A stretch of DNA of 64,000 nucleotides from Vicugna vicugna (Eukaryota). The position numbers and the translations under genes were made by a program. A model generated the notes under the pieces. That model was not told where the DNA came from. It was given only the letters and a program-made list of their open reading frames with translations, and searched no databases. Below, in pieces: positions 25,151 to 37,770 of this stretch (positions are counted from its first letter, which is position 1; every line of letters begins with the position of its first letter). The stretch covers positions 1,082,145 to 1,146,144 of the forward strand of contig MU058946.1 of NCBI GenBank assembly GCA_013265495.1. The letters are read 5' to 3'.

Positions 25151-26334
25151 CTTCATCCACGCCTTTCTTTCTCTCCCGCTCACTCACTTCTCTCTTGTGC
25201 TCCCTGTATGACAAGCACTGGATCAGGGCTGCCCGGCTCCCTGCGTGGCAGGCGCTGGGTCACTGTTGCCATGGCAGATGTAATTTATTCCCCTCAGGAG
25301 AGTAGGTTTAAGAATTGCTGAAGAGGCTCCTTTAGAGCGCTGAACACTAAAGAAAATTCCCACTCCCATGTCAGGGCAGTGGGCAATCGTTTTCCTCCCT
25401 CAGACACTTGGGGACATGGCGTCTGGCTGGGGGCGGGGGTGCCGGCCAGGGTCCACCTGTTGTGAGGATCCCTGGGGCACAGCCCGGGCTTCCCTCCCCT
25501 CGCTGCCTTCCGGGGAGGGGAGCTGGTCCTGCTGACTGTCAGCCAAAGAGCGTGTGGGACACCGTGTGCACAGCATCACCCTCTTCAAGGCTATCTCCCT
25601 GGCGACCAGGCGTGCACATTCCCGTGACATTTACACGCAGCCACCCTGTGCGTGTGGTGATGAAACACACCTGGGGGTTGCTGCCTTTGCTGTTTCAACA
25701 TACATTTGCTGCCCCTCCTTCTTTTAAACACAGAGGTAGGGGTGGGTCTAACAGCCCACCAGCAACACTTCAAGTGGCATCTTGAACGTAACGAGCAGAG
25801 CGAAGAAACACCGCGCACAGGAAAGTTTGGTGCTTCGGAAGAAAGTAGATCGAATTCTTCATCTATGAGGTGTCCCATGAAAACGTCAGTTTTGGATGAT
25901 ATGACACGATTCCCCAAAGTTCTTTTCTTTCTAAAATCTGGGACCAATGAAACATCAGTTACATCCAGTGCTCATCAGATGCTTCGCCTGTAAATGACAG
26001 AATCTCAGACCAAATAAATGTAAGCCAAGACGGTGCTCTGCCTCAGCACTGAGGAGTCCGGGAGTGGCTCTGTCTCCATCTCCTCCCACTGTGCTTCCCC
26101 ATGCGGTCGGGGTCACGGCTGGCTGGCTGCCTGGAACTCACATCCCACCAGCCCGTCACCCAAGCAGAACGGGAACTTGGTGGGAAATGTGCTTTCTTGG
26201 TGGGAGAGAGAACCCCGAGGGGCCAATCGTGGTCCAGCCTGAGTCACTTCAGCAGAGCGGGGCGCCCTGGTTGAGGTGCCGGGTCATTTCACAGTAACAT
26301 CCATGAGTCACAGGCTAAATCTGCTCGTTACACT

Positions 26335-27560
26335 TTTTAAATAAAAATTTTACTTTAGAGCCATTTTAGCTTCACAGAAAGATGGCAGATGCACGCAGGG
26401 TTCTCATGGTTCCTGCGCCAGGTTCCCGTTACCAGCATCCTTCCTGCTACGCTCGCCGCAGCCCATGAACAGGTACTTTACTTGTATCTGAAGCCCAGAC
26501 TTTATTCAGACATTCTTTTCTTTTTTCCTTCTGTTCTAGGTTCCCAACCAGGAAACCACATTACACCAGTCACCCTGCCTCCCTGGGCTCCTCTGGGCGG
26601 TGACAGCTTCTCAGACTTCCCTGGTTTTGACGCTCTTGAGAGTTTCAAGGAGGACTGGCCCTGTGGGATGCCCCCCCACCTCGGGGTCTACCTGAAGTTC
26701 TTCTCACGACTGGAGGGGTGTGGGCTCTGGGAGGAAGACCACGGCGGTGCAGGGCCTTACTCATCACCTCCTGCCTGGCGTCCGGGCATCAACACGCCGC
26801 GTCCCCGTTGGCACTGACCGTGACCCTGGCAGAGGTGGGGCTGTGGGTTTCTCCCAGGAGGTTGCTGTGTGTCCCCTCCCCACACTGCCCTCCTTGGGAG
26901 CACGGTCGTGCACAGCCCGGGCAGAGGGGCTGTATGTATCCTTCTGAATTCTCCGCAGGGGAAATCTGTCTCTTCCCTCCAATGTATTTGTTTATTCAAC
27001 TATTTTTATTTATAGCTGAATGGACTCATGGATATTTGTTTTATTCTTTGGGTTGTAATCCAGTACTACTTTATGTTTTTGCTCAAATTGNNNNNNNNNN
27101 NNNNNNNNNNNNNNNNNNNNNNNNNNNNNNNNNNNNNNNNNNNNNNNNNNNNNNNNNNNNNNNNNNNNNNNNNNNNNNNNNNNNNNNNNNNNNNNNNNNN
27201 NNNNNNNNNNNNNNNNNNNNNNNNTCTGGGACCACAAGACATTCCAGCTCATCTTGTACATTTCTAGCCCTGGTCTTGGACTCGGCTGTCTCCCCAGGGC
27301 ATCCTGGTTCCTTCGACTGGAGAACGGTATTAGGAACCAACATCTGGTGCTGGGTGTGCGCACTGGCACTGCTACTGGGGTCATTGCTTCTAGGCCCTGG
27401 CAGCTGACCAAGCAAGGCAATACCTGTGTGCATGCTGACCTGTGTATACACACATCCATAAATACTCCCACGTGCAGTCTCTGTATCTGTGTTGAGTCAA
27501 ATGTGATCATATTGGTATCTTCCATGCTGGTCCACTGCCCCCTCTTGCTTGTCTGTTACC
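26335..27560 (-). mobile_element. Old LINE-1 3' region (L1MC4-like); spans the 134-N gap
   Basis: ttttactttagagccattttagcttcacagaaaga...tggactcatggatatttgttttattctttgggttgtaatcc...tccagctcatcttgtacatttctagccctgg...tattaggaaccaacatctgg match the L1MC4-type 3' end as recalled. Confidence 0.75.
27091..27224. other. Assembly gap (134 N)
   Basis: Run of N. Confidence 1.
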
Positions 27561-28783
27561 TCCCACTCCCACAGTGAGACAGCTGGCCCACCCCCCGCCC
27601 CCGTCACTGGTTCAATTCCAGGATCCATGTGCACGAGGCTGAGAGGCCCAGCCGGGGTGGGCAGGCTCTCAGGGCCTGGCCATCCAGACGCAGAGGTGAG
27701 GAAGGGCCAGAAGGGTATCTGGCTGGGGAAACCGGTGTACTCTGGGAGCTGCCCGCTCTGAGCTCCAGGACCCTGGCCGCAGAGCCATCCAGGCTCCCTG
27801 ACCTGGAGGCCGAGGCCCCACGGCGTTTGAGGAGTTAATCTACTGCTGCGGAATCCACAGACCATCGAGCTGCTTCCATAAGGGGCCTGGACTGCTGCTC
27901 ATTTCCTCCTCCCCGAGGGCAGAACGCAGTGGCTGCAGAAAGACCCAGATGACAAGAGGGATATTTTGATGAGCACGTTGTGCGCGGGAGGCAAGAAGCA
28001 CGCATGGCTGGACAAACCGCCGGAGGCTGTGCGGGAATGAATATAGACACAGGGGAGGGACCAGACCGGCCCAGGAAGATCTTAACCCCAGGGAGGGCGC
28101 ACGAGGAACAGACTTTCCTCGCGCTGGAGGAGGAACAGCAGGGGTTAGTTTTGAATTAAGCACTGACCCTCTCAATGAGAAGCCTGCGGTTGAAACAGTG
28201 ACTTCAAAGCAAAATGTTGAAAGGTGGCCCTTGTCTTGTCCTTCATCCAAAGTGACCTGCCAAGCCAGACCAGGTAGCTGGGCAGGGCTTCCAGGCCCCC
28301 CCAGTGAGACCGATGCCTTTATAAGTGCTCAGCGCGGGGTCTGCTTCTGGAACAGGGCTCCCCGGGTGGCACTGAAGCCCTTTCTGTCACCTTGTCCTCC
28401 CCAGAGGGCATCTGAGTCTGGGGCAGGCTACCTGCCGGCTGCGGTTGTCCACGCTGCAGCCAGGAGCCCTTCTGTCTGTGCTTTGTGGGGCAGCAGAGTT
28501 GGCCCAAGTATTTTGCTCAAAAGTAGCCTGACCCTGTTCCTGAATACCTGGCCCTGCGGGTTGGTGTTCTGTTGATGCGTTCGTAGATTGCCGGGAGAGC
28601 GAAGGAAACGCCGCCCCCTAGACCTGTCCGAACGCAGCCGAGACGGCGCCACCCCGTGGCCCCTGGTCCTTTCCCCGTCGAGGAGACGTTGTGTCTTGGC
28701 AGAGCTTGCAAGTGAGGTCACAGAGCCCAGGGCTTGATCGTTCTGGGAAGCAGGTGTGAGTCATCAGAGATGGCTTCCCTCAA

Positions 28784-28832
28784 GTGTGTGCGTGTGTGTG
28801 CGTGTGTCTGTGTGCGTGCATGTGTGCGTGCA
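28784..28832. repeat. TG/CG-rich simple repeat
   Basis: gtgtgtgcgtgtgtgtgcgtgtgtctgtgtgcgtgcatgtgtgcgtgca. Confidence 0.85.
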
Positions 28833-29942
28833 CGCACTCTGTGCAATCCTATTCACAGCGCCGTTGCACACCAGGGGACCCCACACAGTCCCTCTCAGGG
28901 ACCTGCTGATTAGCTGGATCCCACGCCCAAGACACAGGGAGCCTCCGACGCCAACTCCATGCAAACCTCGTCACAGCGGCCTACGAGAGCACCCCGGCCT
29001 CCAACAGTCTAGAAATAGTCATTTTTACGATTTTGTACCCCAGACTGATTCTTTTAAGGGATGCTGTTCTCAGGAGCATGGGTTCCGTGTCGCTGTGTGT
29101 GTGATAAAAGTATCAGCCTATGACGCTCCCACGTGCCATCACCCCCTGGTGATCAGGTTGGTTTTACACGCTGGCCTGCCACCCACTTTCTAGCTCTAAA
29201 AAAGAAAAGAAAACGGTGTGGGAAATGGCACAAAACTGGAGCCTCTGTGGAAGCACTCCCCCGCGGAGCCGTGGTGTCTGCAGGGCGCTGCTGCCGGCGA
29301 CACGCGGTGTGCTGGGGCGGGTGGGGATCACCATCGGCGTCGGGGGCAGACTCAGTCAGACGGGGGATTCATCAATCCATGGAATAAATATCTGGTTATG
29401 TGACTGCCTGGGAATGTCTCCTGTGGCTGATGAGCGGTCCTGCAGCACAGCGCTAATGAATCGTCGTCACATCGTTTGGCCGCCTCCTAGAGAAAGGAGA
29501 AGCGCTGCCTTACAGTAAACGAGACGGAACCCAGAGCAGCTGCTCCGGAGGCCCCCGTGCTCGTGCTTTGCTAAAAGTGGGGGGGCAAATAAGGAAAACG
29601 GCGACAGCCCGTGACCACGTCCCTGCCTGCCTGCCTCGCATGGCTGTGAAAACGTCCACACCCTCTGGGCCCTCTGTCAGAGCAGAGCTACTCTGCAGCG
29701 GCGAGGGGGTGAGCGTGGTGACTCGTAAGAGGCAAAGGCCTCTCCGTCCATGGTCCTGACAGCTCAGGGCCCCTGCGTGGGCTCCAACATGCCATCTCCC
29801 AGAAAGGAAGCCAGGGAGGAGTTAAAGATGAGGTCACTGTCCTAAGCCTCGGGCACAGGGTGGAGAGATGCTGGTCCTGAAAGGGGCAGGAGAATGTACC
29901 TCAAATGGAGCTCTGGATGGATGCTTGGATGTTGGATGGATA

Positions 29943-30125
29943 GGTGCGGGGGTCCTTGCGTGGATGTACGTCCGTACGGGGGGGCGGGTGATGGGAGGGG
30001 TGCAGGGGTGCTCACGTGGATGTACGTCCGTACGGGGGGGCGGGTGATGGGAGGAGTGCAGGGGTGCTCGCGTGGATGTACGTACGTACGGGGGGTGGGT
30101 GACGGGATGGGTACAGGGGTGCTTA
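29943..30125. repeat. 56-bp G-rich minisatellite, about 3.3 copies
   Basis: tggatgtacg recurs at 29961, 30017 and 30073. Confidence 0.92.
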
Positions 30126-30214
30126 GACGTATCAATGGATGAATTAAGACATAAAGATGTTTGGTTTTGGGCAAAAGGCAGCACATTCCATCACAAGTCC
30201 AGTGGGCAGGTGGA

Positions 30215-30520
30215 CACACAGTCACTGGGCACTTGTTTTGTGATAGGCACTGTTCTGGGTGTTCAGAACACAGGGATCCTGCCTGCATGAGGCTTCCCTC
30301 TAGGGAGTGGGGACACTGTGGTTGTAAGAGTCGGGAAGGCCTCTGAGGAGGCGGCACTGACTTGGGGCTGAATGAAGACAGGCCGTCCCTGAGCAGGTGG
30401 GGCTGGGCCTTCCAGCACAGGGGCAGCTGTAGTGGGAACAGCCTGGTGGCTGTGCGGGCGTCCCCCAGGCTGGCAGGGCTGCAGTGTCGTGCTGTGGGGC
30501 TGCCTGTGTGGTCCTCTCTC
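30215..30520 (-). mobile_element. LINE-2 fragment
   Basis: gggcacttgttttgtgataggcactgttctggg...gggaaggcctctgaggaggcggcactgacttgggg. Confidence 0.5.
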
Positions 30521-31244
30521 CATTCCTCTCTTCGCCTGTCCTGGGCGCGAGGACATGCCACCAGGCCCCGTCTTCTGGCTTCTGGATGGGTTCAGCCTGC
30601 GGGGAGCCCTGGTGGGGACTTAGGGGAGGGGAGGCAGCCCCCTCGTTGTCTCCGTGACTGAAAGTCACTGCTCTGCTCAAGGCGGCCTGCTGCACGCAGT
30701 CTCCTTCCAGTGTCCTCGTCCACGCGCCCCCGCCCCCTGGTCCAGGGTGGGGACAGCTCCACTGCTGTGGCCTCTGGGGCTTCTGTCTCGGAGGTTTCCC
30801 TTTGCCCTGCTCCCCGTCCCCTATTATAAAGAATCCTGACCGATAACGTAGTTAGTACAAGAAGTGGCCCAGAAAATAGGTCCTCAGAGAGGGGCTGGGG
30901 TTGGGGGGGATTGTAAACTCAGGATAATCTCCCTGCCAGGGACACGGGACGTGGGGACACAGGTATAACAGCATCTCAGTGATTCCCACCATCCCGAGGC
31001 GGCGGAACTTGGAACGCAGATGGAGCTGAATCACTGGGGCAGAAGCCAGGTCACCGTGGTTTCCCAGGGGTGACCGAACAGAGTTCAGTCTCCAGGCTTC
31101 CTTCTACCTACAGGGGAAAAGGGAAAATTAAAATGCCCTGGATGCAGTGGAGGCTCAGAGGGGCCGCCGTGGGGGAGCCTCCTGGCCCCTGCAGCTTCAG
31201 GACAACATTGCCAAGACCAGGACTGGGGCCTGGCTGGGAGGCTG

Positions 31245-31445
31245 ATGAGTGAAGTGGCCAGGTCTCCGAAGTCCAGGATGTCACCCCCGGTGGAGAGTTG
31301 GCAAAGTCTGGGCTATTTTGGGGGTCACAGCTGGGAGGAATGCTCCCAGCATCCTGTGGGTAGAGGCCAGGAATGCAGCACAGGACAGCCCCCAGCAAAG
31401 AATGATCTGGCCCAGATGTGAGCAGTGCAGAGGCAGGAACCCCCG
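31245..31445 (+). mobile_element. MER20 (hAT-Charlie DNA transposon relic)
   Basis: ttggcaaagtctgggctattttgggggtcacagctggg...gtgggtagaggccaggaatgc...gcacaggacagcccccagcaaagaatgatctggcccagatgt matches MER20 as recalled. Confidence 0.8.
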
Positions 31446-34400
31446 TGCTGAGATCAGGGCCCGGCGGGGTAAAGAGAGGGGCCCGAGACGTGGGAGGAGG
31501 ACAGGTGAGTGGAACGCTTTGAGCTTCGAGGGTCCCCAAGCCTCCTCCACCTGCAGAGAGAGTCCCCACCCTGGACTCTTTCCCTAGACCCAGAACACCC
31601 TCTACACCACGCCCCTGCCAGGCGTGACCCAAGCCCCGCGCTGCACCCCGGGGGAAGGCAGCAGACGCTGGCGACGCGTGGGGTGGGGACTCAGAACACA
31701 AGCCCGTGTGACTCACCTGTGTCAGATGGACCCCAGAGTGTGACACTGGGTTTTCTCGAACTCAGTCAGTGGTGATGTGGCTGTGGTCCAGAGCTGCATC
31801 CTTACTGGAGGAAGTCAGTCCAGCCTCCGGCAGCAGCTACGTGGCTCTGCCTGGAGAACGCTTCTCTGTTCTGATCAGGAAGGAGAGTCACAAGCCATCT
31901 GCATGTACGTGGCAGGGTGGCGGGTCCACACGGCTCCTCCACGTGGTGTTCCATCCACCAAGGCAATCTGGCTCTCCCACTGTTCAGTGTGGCTCTCGAC
32001 CACTGCCGAGTTACCCATGTCCCCCAGCGGGGACATCAGCCCCATCCCTCACGGAGGGGCAGCACTCTGTCCTCACGGGGATGAGAAGGTTGGCCTGCCT
32101 TCCCTCAGTCCTCCCGCCAGCACCACCCCTCCTGGACGCACGGGGCCTCCCCCGTCATAGCAGGATGCACGCTGCATCACCTCCGACGGCCAAGAGGTCA
32201 TGCAGCTGGGAAGGGCTGCACCCCCGGAAGAGATCGCTGGGACCACGTGCCCCACCGTGACCGTGGCGATGCACAAGGGATTCCACTGCAGGGAGGTTTC
32301 TGTAGGAAGACCAGCCCCGAGCAGCCTGAATGGCACCAGGAAACCAAGTGAGCAGTGGCTCAGACTCCGGGCCAGTCTCTCTGTCTCCACGTCTCCCTCC
32401 GCCCACACCTGTGGCCACTTAATGGAGAATCCTCGGCCTAGGCCTCCTTCAGGGAGGGGCCTACAAGTCTGCTTTGCCAGCGGGGAGTCATGGCCAGTGC
32501 GCTGCACTCAAGGTGTGACCCTAGAAGACACTGATGACAGGGTCTTGGTGGGCGGGACTCCACAGACGCACCCGGCTGTCGTCCACGCCACTCGAATGTG
32601 ATGCCCAAGGGAGATTCATGGAGCGGGAGGCACAGAAGTGTCAGCCCTTCTGCTAGAGACGTGGAAGGAGCTCAGGCGGAAAACTGGTGATGAGATGGGA
32701 GGCACTGGTGGGTCTCGTGGGTGGACAAGGGTGACCATATTTGGGGCCCACGTCAAGACCCACTGAGGCCCAGGGATGGTGTGACTGAAGTGGCTGTCTC
32801 CATGGGCCGCCGGCCTCTTGTTCAGAGAGGCACCGTCCCATGTGCGGGCCACCCCTCCGGCCTGTCCTCCCCGGGTCCGTGCCCAGCCACTCACACTCAG
32901 GCCCTGAGCTCCCCTGGTCACTGTCCTGGCTGGACCGCCCCGTTCCTGCCTTTCCCCTGGGTGACTCCCGCCTCCCTCGGGTCTCAGCCTCTGGCAGCCC
33001 TGCAGGGTGCCTGCTGTCCCGGGGCCCTCAGGTGCTTCCCCGGCACCTGCAGCAGGCCCCCGAGGCGGCGAGATGCCACGGCTGGGAAGGCCTCAGCTCG
33101 GTGCCCCCACCACCGGCCACGGTCGGAGGTGAAGGTCAGAGGATGAGGGCGGCCTTGCACTTTGACCATCGTGACGACTGGAGCTAGTGTTCATGCCACA
33201 CACACACTGTGCTGGGCTGGGGTGGGGGCACCTCCCAAGAAACTGGTGTGGAGAGGGCGCGGGGGGCGGTGTCCTGTGGAATCTAGGGCAGACGGACAGA
33301 AGGACAGAGGGCTGCAGAGAGGGCTGTGTGCAAAGTGGGAGATCCTGGCAGAGCTGAGGCCGGGAAGGGGCTGCTGAAGAGGGAGCCGAAGAGGAGGCAG
33401 GAGATGGTCGCACAGAAGATCCACACCCTGAGCCTGCCTCTCCCAGGTTAAGCGCCCCCACGCCCGGGCCGGGCACTCCGTAGAGGCCTCGCGCATAGCA
33501 CCCTGCGACTTACGAGCGTCGTGGATGGTGGGCTCCTGTCCGCACCTGCCTTGTCGTGTTACATGCGAGTTTCGGCACACTCATGGCTGGCTTCTGTACA
33601 GAACACAACTCAGAAACTGGCTTTGGTTTTAAACAGTAATCTTCGTTTTTTATCAAACTTGAGACTTTGATAATTAGTTCTTCCATATAGTTAACTTCAG
33701 CTCGTATTTATAAGTTTGGTAACCAGAGGCCGTTTTAATAGCCCTTGAGTAATAGAAGCAAATGTTAAACACTTTCAAATATTTTAAACTGCGTAATGTA
33801 GCAAACTTAATTTTCTTGGCAAGTGCTTCAGTGAATGAGTAACAAACCAACGTTTACCATTGATCTAATTACCTAAGAAATCAGCTTTGTAAGCATGGTG
33901 ATTCTCAACTTCTCTTAAATGTTTTAGTATCAAAAATACATTCAGTAAAATTTCTATTTAATATCCCAAGTCCATATCAATTACTCCTGTATTAATTGAA
34001 AGAAAAAACAGGGTGGGGCTTCTATGGTGATGGACCAAATTATGAATAGGCAAAACTTCGACTATTCATACATCCCTTAACTTGAACATATTTTAGGCTC
34101 CTTAGTTTGAATTCCTTAAAATTTCTGTGCCTAATTCCAAATACGTCTGATGTTGAAGGGTCCTAGGAAGTGAACCCTGAAAGGCCATGGTGGACGCGAC
34201 GGTGTAGCCCCAGACTCCCTGGGGCAGTGGAGTCTCGCCCTCCTGCAGCTGCGTGTGGCCGTCTATACTGCCCAGGATGCCACGTGAGTTATTTGTGACA
34301 GCACATTTGGACGTGTAGAACCCCTCTTATTCTATAAAAGGGGTGGTTTCATGACAAAAATCCTTTATTTTAAGTCCTTGTTTTCATATCCCAAAGATTG

Positions 34401-36354
34401 AAACTGCTTATGACACAATTTTCCTGTCCACGCACAGAGCCATCGCTTCCCGCCGAGACGGCTGGGCTCCCCTCTAGGCTTCGGTGGACCTGCCTCTCCT
34501 GGGCGCTCAAGGTGTCGTCAGGAAGACTTCCAAATATGCGCGAAGTAGAGTGCGCAGTGACCCCGCTGCCTCCACCTGTGATTTCCATTCACGTGAGGTA
34601 TTCAGATCTTACCTGCTTCCACTGAGCTTTCACATCGCAGAGCCCTGTGTTTCCTCCACAACCTTTCTTCTTCCGCCCTTACAGACACCGAGGTGGCGTA
34701 CGAGCCAGTTCTGGGCTTCCCTCCCGCTTTTGTTTTTCCCTATTTGGTTACAGTTTCTAAAATGCAGGGAGGACTTGATCGTGGAAAATATCTGAAACAT
34801 CTTAAGACAGGAGAGGAGAGAAAAGGGTATAAAATGGTGGACAAATGGAAAGCAAATAGTGAGAGGGCTGTCACAGCCCAGATCTCCTAGGATTTATTGA
34901 ATTAGATGAAAAATGTCTAAAACGGTAACAGAGGAAAAAAACATCCATCACACGAGCGTGATGAAACCTAAAGGCAGTTTCCACTTTCTGCTGCGCGGAA
35001 ACCTGCCCCTCGGCTTTGGGTGGGTCCTTCCCCCTTGAAAGCCACCACTATTTCTTTGTCTGGAGCGGGTGAGACTGGGAGGTCCCGACCCTCTGAGGCC
35101 CGAGCCTGGTCTGGACCTCAGCTGGGAGACGCCGGAAGTGAGCAAACACGGGCAGCTGCGGGTGGGGGTGAGGCAGGTACGGTGGGGGGGCCCCGCCGAG
35201 CGCGTGGAGCCCTCTGATTGGAGGGTTAGGAGGAGGGCGGGAGCGCATCAGTGTGGGAGGAGCACCCGTCCAGGCACAGGCACCAAAGAAGCAAAGGCGA
35301 GCCAGGGGGGCGCGCGCCAGAGCTGGACAGAGCCGCTCACGGCCAGGAGCAGGTAGCAGGGGAAGTGCGACCCCGCTCCGCCCCGAGAGAGGACTCCTCG
35401 CTGCCCCCCACCCGAGGCCCTCAGTGGACCTTCTCCTCCGACCCGCTCGTGCTCAGGGAGCTCGGACCCGGACGCTTTTTTCCACATCTCCTTTCTGGGA
35501 TGACTCTGTTTCATAGACTCTCAGCAGCCGCTGCCTCTCCACCACGGCTTTGAAAGCTCACATTTCATCGCATGGACCTCGGAAATGAGATGGGGAAGTT
35601 GACCCTGTCAGCCTCTCGGGAGCAGCCTTGTCCCGTGTGCAGGGAAAGTCGCTCACCTTGGACACACCTCGTGGAGACTGAAAAGGCCGCCGTGGGCAGA
35701 TCGTCCTTCACTGCTCGCCCGGCGTTTCATCCACCTCGACCGTCAGACGCCGAGTGCTGAGCGGACAGGGACTCGGTCAGTGGCCACCCCTGCTGGACTC
35801 TGCCTCCTAAGCAGTCCAGCCCAGTAAATGGTGGCTGAGTAACTGAACACATGGAGCAAAAGATGAATCACTCAGGGACCCTAGAAAGCACAGTGCGGCA
35901 CTGATGGAAACCAAGCCACCCACACTGTCCCTTTCACGGGGGCTCTGCGGCAAGCGTGGCCCTGTCAGCATTCCTCACCCGAAGGGGGAGGAGGGCCGGC
36001 TCCAGGAAGAAGGGGCCCGTGCGCTGAGTGTCCCACCTCCAGGACCTGATGGTGGCGGGCATTGACCCTGCCCCCAGGCCACACTTGCATCACCATAAAA
36101 GGTGCTGGATTTATTCCTCTCTCAGGACCGTTTCAACGCCCCAGTCTGTGTCCATCTGTGAGTCAGCTGTCATTTGGGCCCAGAGCGGCCGGGCTGCTGG
36201 GTTTTGCAGGTGGTGGGGTGACAGTATCAGAAAGGTGGCAGAGCCAGACATGGGGAAGTCTAAGTCACCTGCCTGATGACCTCGCCTTCACGAGGTAGTG
36301 AGGAGACCCTGGCAGGGAGAGTGACGCGGCCGGGGTGCATCTTGGTCGGCTTGG

Positions 36355-36620
36355 GTTACTCATGGTTTCCAAAGGGCAAGGGGGGGTGGGATAAACTAGG
36401 AGTTTGGGATTAGCAGATACACACTACTGTGTACAAAACAGATAAACAACAAGGACCTACCATACAGCACAGGGAACTACATTCAGTGTCCTGTAATGAC
36501 CTATAATGAGAAAGAACATGAGAAAGAACCCACACACCTATAAACGTGTAACCGAAACACTGTGCTGCGCACCCGCTGCCGCCCGACGCTGTGGCTCAAC
36601 TAAGCTGCAGTTAAAAAAGA
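36355..36620 (+). mobile_element. LINE-1 3' UTR fragment (cetartiodactyl type), GC-shifted
   Basis: gggataaactaggagtttgggattagcagatacacactact...gataaacaacaaggacctac...agcacagggaactacattcag followed by an A tail. Confidence 0.85.
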
Positions 36621-37399
36621 GAAGTGCCCCCCGGGCGGTGCAGGCAGTAGACACGCAGCGCTCTGAGGCCGGGGGAGTTCCCCGCCCTTCTCAACAGAAA
36701 CGTGCGGTTTGAAACAAACCAGCAAACCAACCAACAAACGGCTTCCAGCCCAGCAGGTCAAAGCCTGTTCCCCCTGGACCAGGTGGGGAGGCCCTGTCGC
36801 CATCCAGGAGGTGTCTCCCATCCAGTCACTCTCAGGCCACCGTGACCTGCCCTCCTCAGGCTCCTTGACGCACAAGGGCAAGTGTGGGACCGGGACACAG
36901 GGGTAAATTCTGGGTGGGCGGCGGGGCTCCACAGGCGCCCCTTGGGCTACGAAGGGGACACAGTCACCCCATTTTACTTGTCAGCCGTAATCCTCCCCGA
37001 CTTCTCCACCAAAGACCCCTGCAGCAGGGACCCTCCCACCGCGGCAGGGACCCCACCTTGTGAAGACAGTGGGACGGCTGCGCCTGGACCTGCAGCCCCA
37101 GAATCCAGAGCAGGGAGGCTCTTCACTTCTCACCTTCAGGCTCTTTTTCCCTGTAGGACGGGGCTGATTTGGGATCCCTGCCCTGGACGCCGTCCTGTGT
37201 CCCACCCCGTGTCACCTGGGCTCTCGACTGCCCCAGGGTTCCTGTCCTGATGGCCCCAGAGACCGCAACTCCCAGTCAGTCGTCCTGTCCTTGGTGGGGT
37301 TTGTTTGGGGGCTGTTCCCCAAGGGCGGGGCTGGAGGAGGGAGTGGCCCTGTGGGGGGACCCCCTGACCCCCCCCACTGGTGACAACCCGCTCAGACTC

Positions 37400-37770
37400 A
37401 TGAGTGGCAGCTGCTTCCAGATGGTACATTTCTGCTGCTGCTCTGCAGATCCTGCCCGGCGGGGGGCCCTCTCCTGGGATAGAAAGGAGTGTTGCCGCCT
37501 CAGCGCCGGAAACGGCCATGCTGGGGACGCCAGCCGCCATGCCGACGGCGCCCCGGCTGCCCCTCCGCACGCCCAAGCCCGGGGGTCCGCGTCCCCGGCG
37601 CTTCCGTTGCCCGTGGCGGGCCGTGTGTGCGGGGCCGTGTCCTGCGCCCCCGCAGGGCTGGGAGGCCCGGTCCCTGGGCCAGGCTTCTGCGGGGTCCGCG
37701 GGCACTCAGCCCCAAACCGGGCTCCTCTGGCGCAGCGGGGCTGTGGCGGGCAGCTTGTCCGCTGGAGGGT
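37400..37770. promoter_or_regulatory. Small orphan CpG-rich island in the intergenic region
   Basis: About 25 CpG in 37501-37680 by hand count, with ETS-like ccggaa/cttccg and GCCGCCATG. It is not adjacent to a known exon. The regulatory role is inferred. Confidence 0.45.
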
